From the IMG/VR virus record IMGVR_UViG_3300044490_000560: DNA of 64,000 bases. One strand, given 5' to 3'. Below the pieces are notes generated by a model. That model was given only the letters and a program-made list of their open reading frames with translations, did not search any database and was not told the origin of the DNA. Below, one piece after another: positions 49,101-56,368 of the stretch (position 1 is the stretch's first letter; each line of letters begins with the position of its first letter). Made by a program: the position numbers and the translations under genes. This stretch comes from an uncultured virus (IMG/VR IMGVR_UViG_3300044490_000560). Taxonomy: Duplodnaviria; Heunggongvirae; Uroviricota; Caudoviricetes.

Positions 49101-51725
49101 CAACTCCGTCTCGAACTCTTTCTGAAACTCTTCCGGCGTTCGCCCCGCGATCTTCCCCTGCGCGTCTCGGGGCAGCCTCTTCAAGAATTCCCGGACCTCG
49201 CCCTCCGAAGCGACGAAAGCGCCGCGCTGCCGCAAGTAGACGTGCAGCATATCCGTCAACTGCTTCGTGAACTCCGGCGTGATCGCCGCCTCGATGCTGG
49301 GATCCACCAAGGTCGGCCGGTCCGGCTCCCTCCCGGGCGCGTCATGCACACCCTGCGCCCGCGCAGCCGAGCGCCGGCCCATCTCCGCCCGGTACAGATG
49401 CTTGTGCCACATCGAGGCTACAGTCAGTAGCGCCCGGCCGTCATTCCCCAGTCGCTCGTGCAGAATGGCCCGCATCGGATCACGGAACGCCGTCATCGGA
49501 TCGCCCGTAACCGCGGCGTTCACGAGCCCGATCACCCACCCCGCGGCCCGCTGACCAACGGTCCGCTCATCCTCAATGATTCGCTTGTACTCCGGGAAGA
49601 AGTCCCGGAACGTCTCGGCGAGCTGCTGGACGTCGGTCAGGTACTGCGCCCGACCCACCTTCGTCCGACTACCGGCGTAAAGCCGCTCGGCGATGTTATC
49701 CTTGGACCCCGTCGTGGCGACATCAACGATCGTCGGCGCCTCGGCGTCCCGGTAGTACTGCAAGCCCTTGATCGACGCCAGGTCATTCAGCCGGTCGGCG
49801 AATTCCCGCGCCCGTCCGAACGCGCTGGCATTCAGGCCGGAGTAGGCCTTCAACATCCCGGCGCGCAACACCGCGGGAACGGCGAACGACACGATCTCGG
49901 CGAACCCCTGCGACGTCGTCGGGATGGCCGCGTGCAGTCCGGCGGCCAGCCGCTCACGCACCGACTGCGGCTCTTCCCCGGTCAGCCCCATGATGCCCTG
50001 GATGAACCCGCCGTACCGGGCGCCACCGAACATTCCGAGCACCTCACCGTACCCCATCGACTCGAACAGCTTCTGGATCGACGTCGGCGTCACTCCGCCT
50101 TCGGTCATTTTCGACGCCAGCCAGTAACCCCAGATCGACTTCTGCTGGAACTGCAGCTTCTCCCGCAACAACCGTTGCGTCACTTCCGGATCGGCCAGGG
50201 CCTCCGGGACGGACAGGGTCTTCCCGGCGGCATTCTTGATGCCCCCCGGCGCCTTCGCGGCGTCCAGAACGGCGCGCTTCTGCTGATCCCGGACCGCCGC
50301 GCGCAACTGGTCGTCGGTCCCGTACACCGCGTCGATCAGCTCCCGCACGTACGTGCCCTGCTGCACGGCGTCCGGACGGGCGCGCAGCCCCTTGGCCACG
50401 GCGCGATTGCCGATCTGCTTCGCCGTGTCGGACACGATCCCGCCGAGAGCGTTGAACGCCCGCGCGCTCGTCATGGCCAGGTAGCTGGCCCAGGCCGAGC
50501 CGAACGCGTACATCTTGGCCGCCCGGTCCGTCTCTTCGTCACCCGACACCGCAAACCCCAGCTCCGACCGCGTCACCGTCTCGTCCGCGCCGGCCAGCGC
50601 GCCGATGATCGGGTGCGCCACGCCGTAATCGAACCCTGCGTACAGCCCCGCCCGGATCGGCCCCTCGATCAGCGCGATGCCGGCGGCTTCCCGCACCTTG
50701 GCACGAACGGTCGGAGGCAGGCCGTGAACCACTTCGTCCATGTGGTTCCGCAAGCCGGCCCTCGAGTACTCGGCCAGGAACCGGCCCGTCGCCCGCAGGA
50801 TCGACGGGTTGTTGTAGATCGCCAGAGCTTTCTCGGCGGCTGAGACGGCGCGCACCTTCAGCGCCGCCCGCGCCGTGGCGTCCAGTGTGGCACCGGCCAT
50901 GCGCGCCTCGCCATACTGCATCGCCTCTTTCACGATGTTGTCCAGCCCCACGTCCTCGGCCGTGACCATCGTCTTGCCGGTCTTGGCCGCCAGGGCCTTC
51001 GCGGTCATTCGCACACCGTACGCCGCGCTCTTCTCCACGATCGTTTCGGTCGTCTCCTTCACGGCCATCGTCGCGAGCTTCGACGCGCCTTTGAAGATCG
51101 CACCGGACGTGAAGAACTCGAACGCGAACGCCGGGCCCGCCCGCAGCATCGACCCGACGTTGCCCAGGAACGTCTGCTGCGCTTCCCGGTCCGAGTGCTC
51201 CAGAAAGAGCTTCGTCAGCACCAGGTCCTGCAATGACAGGCCCTCCGGGCCCTTGTCCCGCAACGTCGCCAACGCGTTTCGCGTGCGCGCCATGTTCTTG
51301 ATCGAAATGCCGACGGCCGCCACGTCCGACGCATACGGCACGAAATCCCAACCCGATCCAGAAACCATCGCCTCCCAAAAGCCCCGCCGACCCGTGCGCC
51401 GGGCGGCCATCAGCTTCGCCAGTTCCTCGCCGCCCTCCACCTGCGAGAATTGCGCGTACGGGACCACCTTGCCCCAGAAGTTCAGCTCTTCGACATGGTC
51501 CGACCCCCACGTCTGCCCCAGCACCTTGCCGGCCTGCGGCGTCAGATCGCCGAAAGTGTCCCGGTCAGTCTGGTCAACCGAGTCGTACCGGAACAGCGGC
51601 ACGTACTTTTCCTGGGTCGGCACGGCGGGCTTGGTCTGCGGTACCGGCGGATCCACCAGCGCCGGAAGGGACACGGGCGGTAGTGTCGTCTGCGGGCTGC
51701 CTGCGGTCAACGGTTGAGTAGCCAT
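34155..51725 (-). CDS. giant internal virion protein (5856 aa): putative two-barrel virion RNA polymerase + NADAR-like domain
   Basis: Uninterrupted 17.6-kb ORF; GGGAG RBS; RTP (aa ~2692) and GNDRDGD (D2767-D2771); NADAR-like block aa ~3600-3708; position among ejection proteins. Confidence 0.8.
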   Translation of the reverse strand: MATQPLTAGSPQTTLPPVSLPALVDPPVPQTKPAVPTQEKYVPLFRYDSVDQTDRDTFGDLTPQAGKVLGQTWGSDHVEELNFWGKVVPYAQFSQVEGGEELAKLMAARRTGRRGFWEAMVSGSGWDFVPYASDVAAVGISIKNMARTRNALATLRDKGPEGLSLQDLVLTKLFLEHSDREAQQTFLGNVGSMLRAGPAFAFEFFTSGAIFKGASKLATMAVKETTETIVEKSAAYGVRMTAKALAAKTGKTMVTAEDVGLDNIVKEAMQYGEARMAGATLDATARAALKVRAVSAAEKALAIYNNPSILRATGRFLAEYSRAGLRNHMDEVVHGLPPTVRAKVREAAGIALIEGPIRAGLYAGFDYGVAHPIIGALAGADETVTRSELGFAVSGDEETDRAAKMYAFGSAWASYLAMTSARAFNALGGIVSDTAKQIGNRAVAKGLRARPDAVQQGTYVRELIDAVYGTDDQLRAAVRDQQKRAVLDAAKAPGGIKNAAGKTLSVPEALADPEVTQRLLREKLQFQQKSIWGYWLASKMTEGGVTPTSIQKLFESMGYGEVLGMFGGARYGGFIQGIMGLTGEEPQSVRERLAAGLHAAIPTTSQGFAEIVSFAVPAVLRAGMLKAYSGLNASAFGRAREFADRLNDLASIKGLQYYRDAEAPTIVDVATTGSKDNIAERLYAGSRTKVGRAQYLTDVQQLAETFRDFFPEYKRIIEDERTVGQRAAGWVIGLVNAAVTGDPMTAFRDPMRAILHERLGNDGRALLTVASMWHKHLYRAEMGRRSAARAQGVHDAPGREPDRPTLVDPSIEAAITPEFTKQLTDMLHVYLRQRGAFVASEGEVREFLKRLPRDAQGKIAGRTPEEFQKEFETELLQAASGRLKFDIIGDRVGTVYSAPEKTTLSQVTDALEQFLASRGVVTYTDVSTIGDFGAFHTAYSGRGMDRALLEAAARNDGSVESDAAQRQLLRESVSNLTLFTEHDIRRAGNYVSDFARTLLALNERLLRPVYETADGTRVYEVTGSDGAFLLADPETGEIAPGARSVQSRAEAQAQATTLGLTAREGRIFFTPTNAVYGTSALQLAAVPWIRPYMLKTEKTRALANLPYARVGRAGPDGLTLVEARRLMDEQFALAKKWDESGRRADAFATPEEAQAAQKAWVALFNDPTAEGGVKDRPLGAELLARQALEESGAARHIAQNPGDRGQYGYLVTPGAVSFGGDVYIPFKHVGNTTAVIEDAIESAVRRLDRLGVAGEVIAGLFRDPRLAEKYRPAAREFIKNIHDALKRLSENANRVSDTTLREAAYLAEYIFNPDAYNLEAISHAIAGFVFYRADEALAQTLGFGGSKYYATLGLIADEVRGRADDGTAVREAFLTFNSLVNQLLGAGSLRDADSVLAATLTALAPAGQRDQARLRVLPTSQEVAEFLGPNSAIPADAISSLKSMTPEQATQVIETELRALYAGGATRTSYLPEDRRALARGIAEVQRGKLEIKGAAEVVKERAAAETLSAGDASTAAASATSAASAAATASTATTASAATVAAAESTPPTAGKSASVAEALHDPDQVGLMVKFAELAMRSPGFNFGVRASDYGTDGLRASFEFYRRLEPSMPATDIDKMRLAYVQADERRASLQAYQTFNDDADAAVADAEQGIATWGDNAARDMFGRNSTKRAVVNLMRLFAPGSMGEATKMLELLYRPSLVMGRALPDSIAGLLSGVDTDLRTHALLRNEESYNLWLRPRLLAHGLVEPREGETGDRRQKGAGHEGADGSSQQYRAFYLLLHTLGYEGSLRLMTTLRGATQVAGVSFREPQPKRANLTDSGASWENDDDADAVSQLTSMRVHRRSGSLDAPSTGATGLARTHDRSLPQTKATLQQIAKDAEAVITRHMNTPMPTLLDLSARRVEVARRFEEVAKLADRLFGVDNFFATALRDPAVVREVAEHRSKAGGVAGSSLDMWFASWLTGGKNYGGALARWVRDVALAYQFPEISAADAISRLTADNIHTGKATNQGAFPSLLNRYASKISMGQVRGIGRTASLVHVVAPTQSPVMTRILASDWLTRGVQTFFPAEAVSAQTHPEHASYLQALAQARRFAVWPDGTPIFANTVGMTDAAGVESPEPQERAVLRAAIAAHNAGSTYTYLPLHKADKKHALAILVPRAHLTAGRDTYAETYRTVAELLGVDERGRLPFNQKRSGQMFNGMGPIVPAPTRFRMLVVIPDTYSGEEGDTSFYGTLYGAGAVMRTAHTLTGTLRGRSEQHIEKLHYLSMDGEWFMGKGTTIRADEQTLADPSRTPADKWAMRLALSRVTEQSPSTLVSDLDGAKEGPLANKRDLAEAKGQTVAAWIRGSPDVTPETEVTWRGKKTTLSKILPGLTIERNVKTGEGGRPAIIISYDTNVRAMQAASLYDSAVPSNHDFYANHRRDGDMYTQAELYWMAERLNEAFDTKFPKPRKGLGDDQRDPILGDLVRRGLIPEEGPAAKSQVVKSLGSELVPSMPLVWGIKAVNQGQGKVRLQDGQPVYDADGNLLVDNPFGGDHPLTRPPRWVDQGETATPYGGKRFLFLPALLQANIAHPMFRGTSLGVNLQHQFFKGATDDAAAKMLVERLTLLEKLARDPAAHDEYLRMLAEDIMPLFLDPSGKPMDARRVLSFSDLFDAQGSFYWDALDWGQFDGPGKPKRGMMLHGGLAIVARTPSGDGGSAVILARIVGPATTAPAGGRQRWARPQRGKKGERTLQVLDTPAIDALAPADEAIVRDVPGMERQTGNDRDGDTAAVALFRMDPFGRIMRGQWSLEDLEKALADMTSSDVQRRANETEARYTQRVKAVAEWKRDMYMALLQNSIMESRVSWLRNMDPTRVEGPQPKQGVAYDKDGTDGGFPTIADPMSPEYKRQLVQAVREKTVAALRKQDKKAEADALEKSSGWRADTDFRDPWQVAAMSDEGITGSTDRGTGVDQVANLAVMHTLLGARLEKPLNAGRPLFFGDDGAPIPLPDGDLTQGHKPEEWRAFLRFAAAGNNMLFDILKGNGESALYKIGYPYLDLYIPLLYRAKPKTQEQFEKFHAAYLAAMDTKVMQAYANQAWQAKDSQHPATFQDSKLAERMMAALLQGSPRRMTALEALPGPVQTSVAAAVAEASSLAQAAGRDSREAALRTFDGLVEILGFSHGAGAVADVFEPRAKYFAGPAMLESYLRRVTSAEVFRKRLAADRGFEPNGLWDRRIHMSARWERQARQAFRGHYDESVLNWYIKKGELERQAADTPMDQRAQKAAMADAAVRLTPVEIGEMVETLLTGVADADRTVTFIQSVEGIYADMFQAYAQARRDGKLRGPNGHSVINPALDNLLAPCAQNGGSFIALRAADDATVALPRLAGGFEALRTWNPDNKLLNVKVGNLTVTPRDMYYLLRLYGSIVTMVTPKLTRSARSFMAAMGPDANADLHFAQARALDGPQAEYLFDGEPNGRSIGGRALKLTLARMAVVTPPRGAQSTTVGTARNYEVPDVLNLDHGALAWGTHTTGALRDWYVKERQGRLPTGEAVPVTLLKEDAPPPVLDVPKPSYDTMTLAEAERLYLENGDEQALRRTEALASQPAAWTHARFAQNGYEVSSKGDRRFSALFARLKDGRTIEEAYQLDVKGYRTQSNNWQAGKGKPAINGKSYDQLYTEYKDLWARFLDENPALERDLRTQANGRVLTDQFATSPVSQARALAELLTERPAPAAALEPPTRPIVTADSAARTGLDLIAANAAKIKSKLRAYLADPQAEADNRGVRETNAATETAEALRAIAKLDWATGEIGTAFEAGARIIENMRYPDPAVITGTMLAAIAAARRANQSNAMTEIQSTLAGPGAALYRTVMDGRTPTLAAKEAKAAAGTPGRVMDESVLHYALAASPEVKFVPEVNAGLATRLAKAFERPLSDGATASLSEPDASADRIPVESLMEKAADRARAELMKASAIGFVPARPRAPEMTASLAENPTFESALQQALVDNLGPVGGTTLSDRDRRLAYLGLMRATKTGALAEQTRWLWQHEPDFERTVVSQVQQTILMIAQSPLEKSQQEALRSVLRASLQGDRLADRRTAMKSISMRTKRAYGMLADMSDTSDPAIQAFRATAHLARSAIATRQAFKDIVAPPRTTAETQVDQQAAAVRRAQDLDRAIHAEMPEYTAWQDSTLARPEFAGWADNSNATKLRARVFLGAGMDAAAELAAALSGLRDQLVQTPRLGTVASALKALIDAVVQPDGTFVQVDPQRMPDEAFARLMNRFSAQQVTIAKQLTKMRADAEALPDTSRADALSYVQTAETALLTASSLGRATLSALRGDPAIAAVAEGRDRALTPPKNVPPTPPTLKEQHDLLEVHALNPERGRVDPEHEFLVSFQDPDVWFSGAVFPDFDGVDIRSLLLDKTALGSIPAAIAASNWLTQLLGLGGENGYITRAEVQSGLGATLVDGAWVVRPTDQKVTRNHRQTLGAELVRINRGEESPHMLNDEEFIIAKWFSTVVSTFICDGGYNGRTATAGEIQLRQLPWDDLYPTVSLLPGQPPQTLDANIAKIVSLEEALRRSQLPANKQQGANQFLAVHKTLLTLRNALPHESLYRKFEAALQGAIKVAVLNPHIKMGDVAAREQAAVRELERTGWAVTRRRRGALSDDSPTLYDPRPAIPVRESEALFKSSTAYRKLVEQNGRNPTELDMQFIATKIRTAMENVTRHARSMGWLVNGDGRLFGSSAYTPFVAGYGALKYWAQKLHKPEPPEFTQAVSDEMARLRPMVEKTRQRRPIYGPEEVDSEGQQIQPVIGYTDKRDLSASEAAQQPGFVGMFKFLADLAASQEGVPNPFKANATALEIAETIRHGRATDLGLSSDATAWDVAKAVYRLGVNQLYRTAWQGGTENNLSMENAGLHALTRAIAEQIAQSGEAEATAGVTHSTIYDITGALPMNLGADELLARHAQDTANATRYRQAVNQLLFANDETGRPLVYAKPGANPNDDTVPERVWELVARRWVRVHGDPTANTITYNESQTGRENAARLYDLIVPGKLTTTSEQQSAHGVRRYVFTDKIVIPPGMETFEKIAAAANPVGDDTKAVMDVFGGGEAANIVRQTLAIPNFGNPGAQLHWLNSTLSWSKSISVMASLFFPIATAFESPWAATGFWPTVLGFSRSGSRFMRSASEGDGFLAKIFRAGGMDPNAPGMREILRAIGSDDPSLVEMKTQAMLAGLMFNDRARNMLDSDRRVLARDIKGVVDNVRATMGSRAARNARALLEGALEHSSELAFEYVINATKLAVFTQMNNILRRKAIEAGRWWDPVRDMKRWAHYINSEVGGIDPAMYPWMTPKMQRTWKTLLFSWEWTLGAWEAGGGNLLTQKLFGQTHNAEFRKFLFGRWVRMYGGVMLGVPVFLQMMSTAAAKAAGVKTDDDKWFAWQNEAGKGDAARMTWDITPLLRMMAKAPALPTAVGGAGLAGAMLGGLPGAAGYAAAGAAAAAMAGWGGKTLGDVKKTTLPAIGQGPLAVPVGNLIPALTGQEGPANTTTRMRRYYFNLGKQGWEVAGWFADPFSTFLGKMSMPAQRMIEGVFGKSPGTGMDMPFKDVSFWKRWLSIDSEKSASLNLVRAFTPFSAMGVAQKPEAGLLSAVGVTSKGMSKTAAIKKMAERFTEWANADSYMALLRGRPYALGSKADAPQQAFTDLRAMVIEEMEAIRRNGYNPQEALKDALSVARTPLYRRIHNALPAFPEGTGNLRELEEVARSLYRLDVIFKNLAASIRTNDKSQNIDRRGKTLDMTRELLREAFQNPYGRKTDPRLKQSAALGGDVSGMLATDKVPETILGYRIVPTAELTPEDLKFFKDNPEAAGHFRLTGRKADANAR

Positions 51726-51783
51726 GAGAGTCTCCCGTGAAAGGAAAACACCTACTGGTTTCTTTCAGAAAGAGGAGCGGGAA

Positions 51784-54700
51784 CTACTTCTTCCCGCCAT
51801 CCTCCGGCGTTGACGTCGTGGGTTTCTGGTCTTGGCTCTGCGACCCTGACCCGCGGGACGTAAACGGACTGTCATCCTGCGACTGTTCGTTGCGGAACTG
51901 GATCATCCGCTTCATGTACTCTTCCTTCGTCGTCCCCAGAGTCTTCGCGTGCTTCTCCAGCTCCGTGTCATACGCTTCCAACAGCAGACGCCGCGCTTCG
52001 GGAATCGTCTGCCGTTTGGATTGGTAGAGCTTCGTGATGGCCGCCGCCTGAATCGCCGCGAACTTGCTGCCGATGCCCTCCTGCAAAGCCCGCCGTTCCA
52101 GGTTCGGATCGAAGAACAGATCCCGCAGGGCCTGATCCTCGGCCGGCCGCCGGATGTTCTTCTGGACCGCCACGAGCGTGTCAATCGCCTGACGCCATGA
52201 GAAGTCTTTCTGATTCAACATCACGGCCGTCACCGCGGCGCTGGTGGCGCCGGCGGCGGTTTCCGGCGTTGTGGCACGCGCACGCGCCTGCAACCCCGGT
52301 CCCTGGGCAACCTCGGGAACACCCGTAGCCGCCGGCGCAGCCGCCGGCGCGGGCGTTGCCAAGCCTGCAAACACCGAGTTGGCGTACACGCGCGCCGCTC
52401 GCTGAGCAGGAACGCTGAACCGCTCCGCAAGCCACTCGTCGTGCGGACGCTGGTCCACGTTCGGATCGGGTCGAGGCGCCGCAGCCGCCTTTGTCGTCGG
52501 GTCGTCCCCGCCCCAGCTGTCGCTGTTCCAAAAAATCGAACCGAGGATCTCCGCCTCACCAGCAGCGTCCGGCGCGTACTTGCCGAGAACACGCGATGCC
52601 ACCAACGCCGCCATGGATTGGAATACAGCCCCCCGAAGCCGTTTCGCCCGCCGATCTTGGTCCAGCCAAGCCAACGCGCTTTCGTCCGCACCGCGCGTCA
52701 AGTAAGATGCCTGAGCCGGATTCTCCTCACCGGGCAGAGCCGAAGGCCTTCGTGATCTCATTTGCTGCACGACATACCAAACGTACGGGCGAACCGCGGC
52801 TTTGATCCCATCGTCGGTAATCGCGCGCACAGTACGATCGGCCCCGGGCGTATGAGCAACATCATGTGCGACCTCGTTTACCAGCTCCGTCACAAGCGGG
52901 CCGTTCACACCTTCGATGACCATCGCACGATGCGTGCCGAGAGGCAATTCCAACAACCGCTTCACCCACGGGGCACTCGCCTGGAACTGCCCGCCGAACG
53001 CCGCGTCCATCTTGCCAGGCAACAGCTGGTTCCGCAACTCCTGGTACTCCCGCAACCCACGCGACTGTGGCGAATTCCAAAAACTCGACTGAATCCCCGC
53101 TACTCCGGTCAATGCGCGGTACACCGCTTCGTCGGTCGATCCGGCCGCCATGGACGCCAGAGCCGTCTGCTCCCGCAGCTTCTCCGCGGACACCGCTGCG
53201 GGAGACGGGGCCGCAGGAGCAACCGCTTCGACCGTCTGCGCCCCTTCGGCTTTCAGCTGTTCCTTGATGACCGGGTCATGCTCCATCAGTTCCGGCAAGC
53301 GCGCCAGGTCCGTCCCGCCATGCGCGACGAGATAGGCGACCGCGGCGTGCGCCGCGTCCAACGCCTGTTCCTTCGTCACGGCCTGCCCGTCCACTGTGCC
53401 GGACTGGGCAAACAGGATGTCAGCCAACGGTTGCGCCGCCGCCTGCATGGCGCTCGCCGCGTCCGCCCGCCCGCCGTCCGCAACCGCCGCCGCCATCTCG
53501 ACCTGGGCCCGCTCGACGACGGCTCGTACGGCATGTCCCTGAACAGACAGACCAAACGGGACCGTTGTCGGACGGCCCTTCTCGTCCGGCTCCCCCGGCT
53601 GCAGCACCGTCGCCACTCCGTACTTCGGTCCAAGATCGATCGGCGTCGCGGTCGTCATGCTGTTCAACATGGCGTCCAGCCGCGAAGACTCACGCTGCAA
53701 TGCCTGCTCCGGGGCCGTGAGTTTCCCGTCACCGCCGACGGCGGTCGCCACGGACAGACGGATCAGCAACGAGCGCGCCGCCGGACTCAGGTCCCGTCCG
53801 GCCTGCGTCGCGTAGCGCTGGGCCTTCTGCACGCCCTCCGCCACGGCCGGCACCACCGTCGACCGCTTGCTGAGCAGGTTCGTGCCGGTGTATGTCGGCT
53901 CGATCGCGAGCAGACCCTCCTCCATGGCGCGTCGGCTCAACCGCGTGCCGTCCGGCGCCGCCCGCATGGCGTCCTCCATCAGCAGAGCCGTGTCCAGCAT
54001 CGCCGTGCGGACCGCCTCCGGATCAGCGCTGGGGCCCGCCGCGGCCTGCGCGATTCGCCGCACCGCCCCCAGGCCGGTCAACGACACTCCCTGCTGCTCC
54101 AGACCGTGGATCAGATGAGCCGCCGTCCCGTAGCCCAACAGCTTGTGCACCTGAGCGCCCTGTTCATCTCCAAACAGCACCTTTTTCGCTGCGTTGTCGA
54201 ATTCAGCGCGGCGGTTGAAGTCCCCGCCCTGCACGACCGCGGGATCCTGGCCCCGCGCCGCGGGACTCCGGTCCCCCTGCGTCGGATTGTCCCGCACGGC
54301 TGCCGGCGCCAGGACGGCCATCACGGCGGTCGCCTCGGGGTCCCCTTGCTGCCGGCGTTTGAAGAGGTTGAACCCCGCCATGCCAGGCGTCAAACCGAAC
54401 ACTGCGGCCTTGCGCGTCAGAGCGGCTTCGTTTGTGCGCGGGTCCAGCTTCCCGCTGATCTGCGGGTTCGACTCCCACGCATACGTCAGAGCCGCGTACA
54501 CGGCCGGCTTGGAAGTCAGCACCATCGGGTCCTGGCCCGTGTAGTTCATCGCCTCGACCAGCCGCGCCCGGTTCGCGTCAACCATGCTGCGCATGGTCGC
54601 CATGAGCGATTTCGCCTCGTCCAAATACCCGGCGTCCACCAGCCCCTGGACCTCAGTCTGCATCTTCGGCAGCCGGGAAGTGACCATGCTGAACAACGAC

Positions 54701-54843
54701 TCCGGCCCGAAGTCCCCGACCGTCGCGGCAACGGGCGGCGCTTCCGCACCCTTGGCGGCTGGACGAACATACACCGTTCCGTCCATGTTCCGGAACTCTC
54801 GCTGGCCGTCACCAACGGCGAACCATTCAGCTTGCCGTGCCAT
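51784..54843 (-). CDS. probable internal virion (ejection) protein, 1019 aa
   Basis: Ala-rich helical; lies between adaptor and giant protein. Confidence 0.6.
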   Translation of the reverse strand: MARQAEWFAVGDGQREFRNMDGTVYVRPAAKGAEAPPVAATVGDFGPESLFSMVTSRLPKMQTEVQGLVDAGYLDEAKSLMATMRSMVDANRARLVEAMNYTGQDPMVLTSKPAVYAALTYAWESNPQISGKLDPRTNEAALTRKAAVFGLTPGMAGFNLFKRRQQGDPEATAVMAVLAPAAVRDNPTQGDRSPAARGQDPAVVQGGDFNRRAEFDNAAKKVLFGDEQGAQVHKLLGYGTAAHLIHGLEQQGVSLTGLGAVRRIAQAAAGPSADPEAVRTAMLDTALLMEDAMRAAPDGTRLSRRAMEEGLLAIEPTYTGTNLLSKRSTVVPAVAEGVQKAQRYATQAGRDLSPAARSLLIRLSVATAVGGDGKLTAPEQALQRESSRLDAMLNSMTTATPIDLGPKYGVATVLQPGEPDEKGRPTTVPFGLSVQGHAVRAVVERAQVEMAAAVADGGRADAASAMQAAAQPLADILFAQSGTVDGQAVTKEQALDAAHAAVAYLVAHGGTDLARLPELMEHDPVIKEQLKAEGAQTVEAVAPAAPSPAAVSAEKLREQTALASMAAGSTDEAVYRALTGVAGIQSSFWNSPQSRGLREYQELRNQLLPGKMDAAFGGQFQASAPWVKRLLELPLGTHRAMVIEGVNGPLVTELVNEVAHDVAHTPGADRTVRAITDDGIKAAVRPYVWYVVQQMRSRRPSALPGEENPAQASYLTRGADESALAWLDQDRRAKRLRGAVFQSMAALVASRVLGKYAPDAAGEAEILGSIFWNSDSWGGDDPTTKAAAAPRPDPNVDQRPHDEWLAERFSVPAQRAARVYANSVFAGLATPAPAAAPAATGVPEVAQGPGLQARARATTPETAAGATSAAVTAVMLNQKDFSWRQAIDTLVAVQKNIRRPAEDQALRDLFFDPNLERRALQEGIGSKFAAIQAAAITKLYQSKRQTIPEARRLLLEAYDTELEKHAKTLGTTKEEYMKRMIQFRNEQSQDDSPFTSRGSGSQSQDQKPTTSTPEDGGKK

Positions 54844-54853
54844 CGTTGCCCCC

Positions 54854-55156
54854 TTACAGCATCAGATCCGTCAGGTTCTGCGGCGGTGGCGTCCTCGCGG
54901 TTTCCACAAACCGCGGAGGCTGCGCCGGCGCAAACAGGTCCACGTGCACCCGGACGTTGGCGAAGGCCCGCTGCTGGGCGTCCTGCGCCGCGGCCTGGTC
55001 AGCCCCCTGGATCACCGCCGTCATGAGACTCGGCGGTGCATCTTCGCGCGCCGCGGCAGGCAGACCGAACCGGTCCGCCAGGCGGGACACCAACCCGGGC
55101 GTCCGACGCGCCAACCGCGTCGCAACGGCCTCACGCGCTAACGTCGGAAGACTCAT
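54854..55156 (-). CDS. hypothetical virion-module protein
   Basis: TAATG coupling with upstream gene. Confidence 0.6.
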   Translation of the reverse strand: MSLPTLAREAVATRLARRTPGLVSRLADRFGLPAAAREDAPPSLMTAVIQGADQAAAQDAQQRAFANVRVHVDLFAPAQPPRFVETARTPPPQNLTDLML

Positions 55157-56355
55157 TACATACCCTCACCGAGTAGGGACCCGAAACGCCGTGTCAGCGC
55201 GGATTGTACCGCAGTCCGGTACCGCCGCACCAGCTCAATTCCCGTTCTGGGGATCAAATCCGCACTGCGTACGATCTCTCCCGCCGTTTCGCGCGCCCAC
55301 CGCTGCGACGGCGTCTCCCCCGTATCCACGTACCGAATCGGCAACGGCATCCCGTTGGCGTCAACCCGCCCCGGATAATTCGTGCCCTTCTGATCAGGGT
55401 CGATCGGCGCGTTCGGGTTGTACCCGGCCAGTATGTTACCCGGACTGTACACGACCGTTTCCTTCTCCGAGTCGTAAATGGCCATTTGCCCCCGAGCGAA
55501 GTTCGGCGGAATCGGCTTGCTGTCAATATGCCGCTGGCGCAAAGCGTTGAAATCAGAAAATCGCTGCATCTCCGCCGGCGACAGCTCGATGCCCGAACCG
55601 GGCCGGATCTCCTGATACGCCGGGGCTGGCTTCGCTCCACCCACTTCGGTGCCGCCCACCCGCGGTGTCCGCGCATCGGCCAAGAAAGCCTGGTACTCTT
55701 CGGCGGACATGTCCGGCCGCCACTCCGGGGCCGGCGCCGCCACTTTCCATTCGGGCGGCTTAGAGGAATGCATGACCGGGATCGGACCTGCGGCGTCCGG
55801 ACCAGGAGCTGCCGGACCAGGAGCTGCCGGACCAGGAGCGGCCGGACCAGGAGCGGCCGGACCAGGAGCGGCCGGACCAGGAGCAGCCGGATTCGCGGGC
55901 CCGCCAAGACTGCCGCCCTTCGCCGCCCACTCCACCGTCCCGCCTTGCATCCGCATGACGCGCGATCGATACAGATCCGCGTCACGCTGCGGCGTATAGG
56001 CCCGTAACGTCCTCGGCGTTTCCTCCGCCACTCGTCCGGTCTGCCGCACCTGTTCCAAAAACTGCTGCTGCGCCTGCGGCGCCCGGTTACGCGATCGCAA
56101 GCCGCTCAAAACCCGCTCGCCGACCCCCGCCTGACCCAACGCAACATCCAGGCCGAGCGCAGCATACTCCGAGCGCGTTCCGTACCGCGTACGACCCGCG
56201 ACATCCGTGAAGGAAATCCGCTCCCCGGCGTAAGCCGGATCGCGCGAAATGCGGTACAGCTCTTCAGCGTCCAGCGCGCCGCTCGTCGATGCGCCGACTC
56301 CGAAGTTCATCGCCCGCGGGTCCGTGAAACCCTTCGCTGACCACTGCTTCGCCAT
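55156..56355 (-). CDS. probable internal virion protein with PAAPG repeats
   Basis: AAAGGGG RBS; position in module. Confidence 0.6.
   Translation of the reverse strand: MAKQWSAKGFTDPRAMNFGVGASTSGALDAEELYRISRDPAYAGERISFTDVAGRTRYGTRSEYAALGLDVALGQAGVGERVLSGLRSRNRAPQAQQQFLEQVRQTGRVAEETPRTLRAYTPQRDADLYRSRVMRMQGGTVEWAAKGGSLGGPANPAAPGPAAPGPAAPGPAAPGPAAPGPAAPGPDAAGPIPVMHSSKPPEWKVAAPAPEWRPDMSAEEYQAFLADARTPRVGGTEVGGAKPAPAYQEIRPGSGIELSPAEMQRFSDFNALRQRHIDSKPIPPNFARGQMAIYDSEKETVVYSPGNILAGYNPNAPIDPDQKGTNYPGRVDANGMPLPIRYVDTGETPSQRWARETAGEIVRSADLIPRTGIELVRRYRTAVQSALTRRFGSLLGEGM
55797..55886. repeat. six tandem 15-bp units CCGGACCAGGAGCNG (encode PAAPG)
   Basis: Directly visible. Confidence 0.95.
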
Positions 56356-56368
56356 CGCGCGCCCCTTT

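Noticed and set aside
34155..51725. Tape measure protein or T7/N4-type single-subunit RNAP
   Set aside because: No tail tube or sheath context and no TMP periodicity; no recognisable right-hand RNAP motifs, whereas DxDGD-type motifs are present.
55797..55886. Possible CRISPR array
   Set aside because: Contiguous 15-bp units without spacers, in frame within a CDS (PAAPG); no cas operon.
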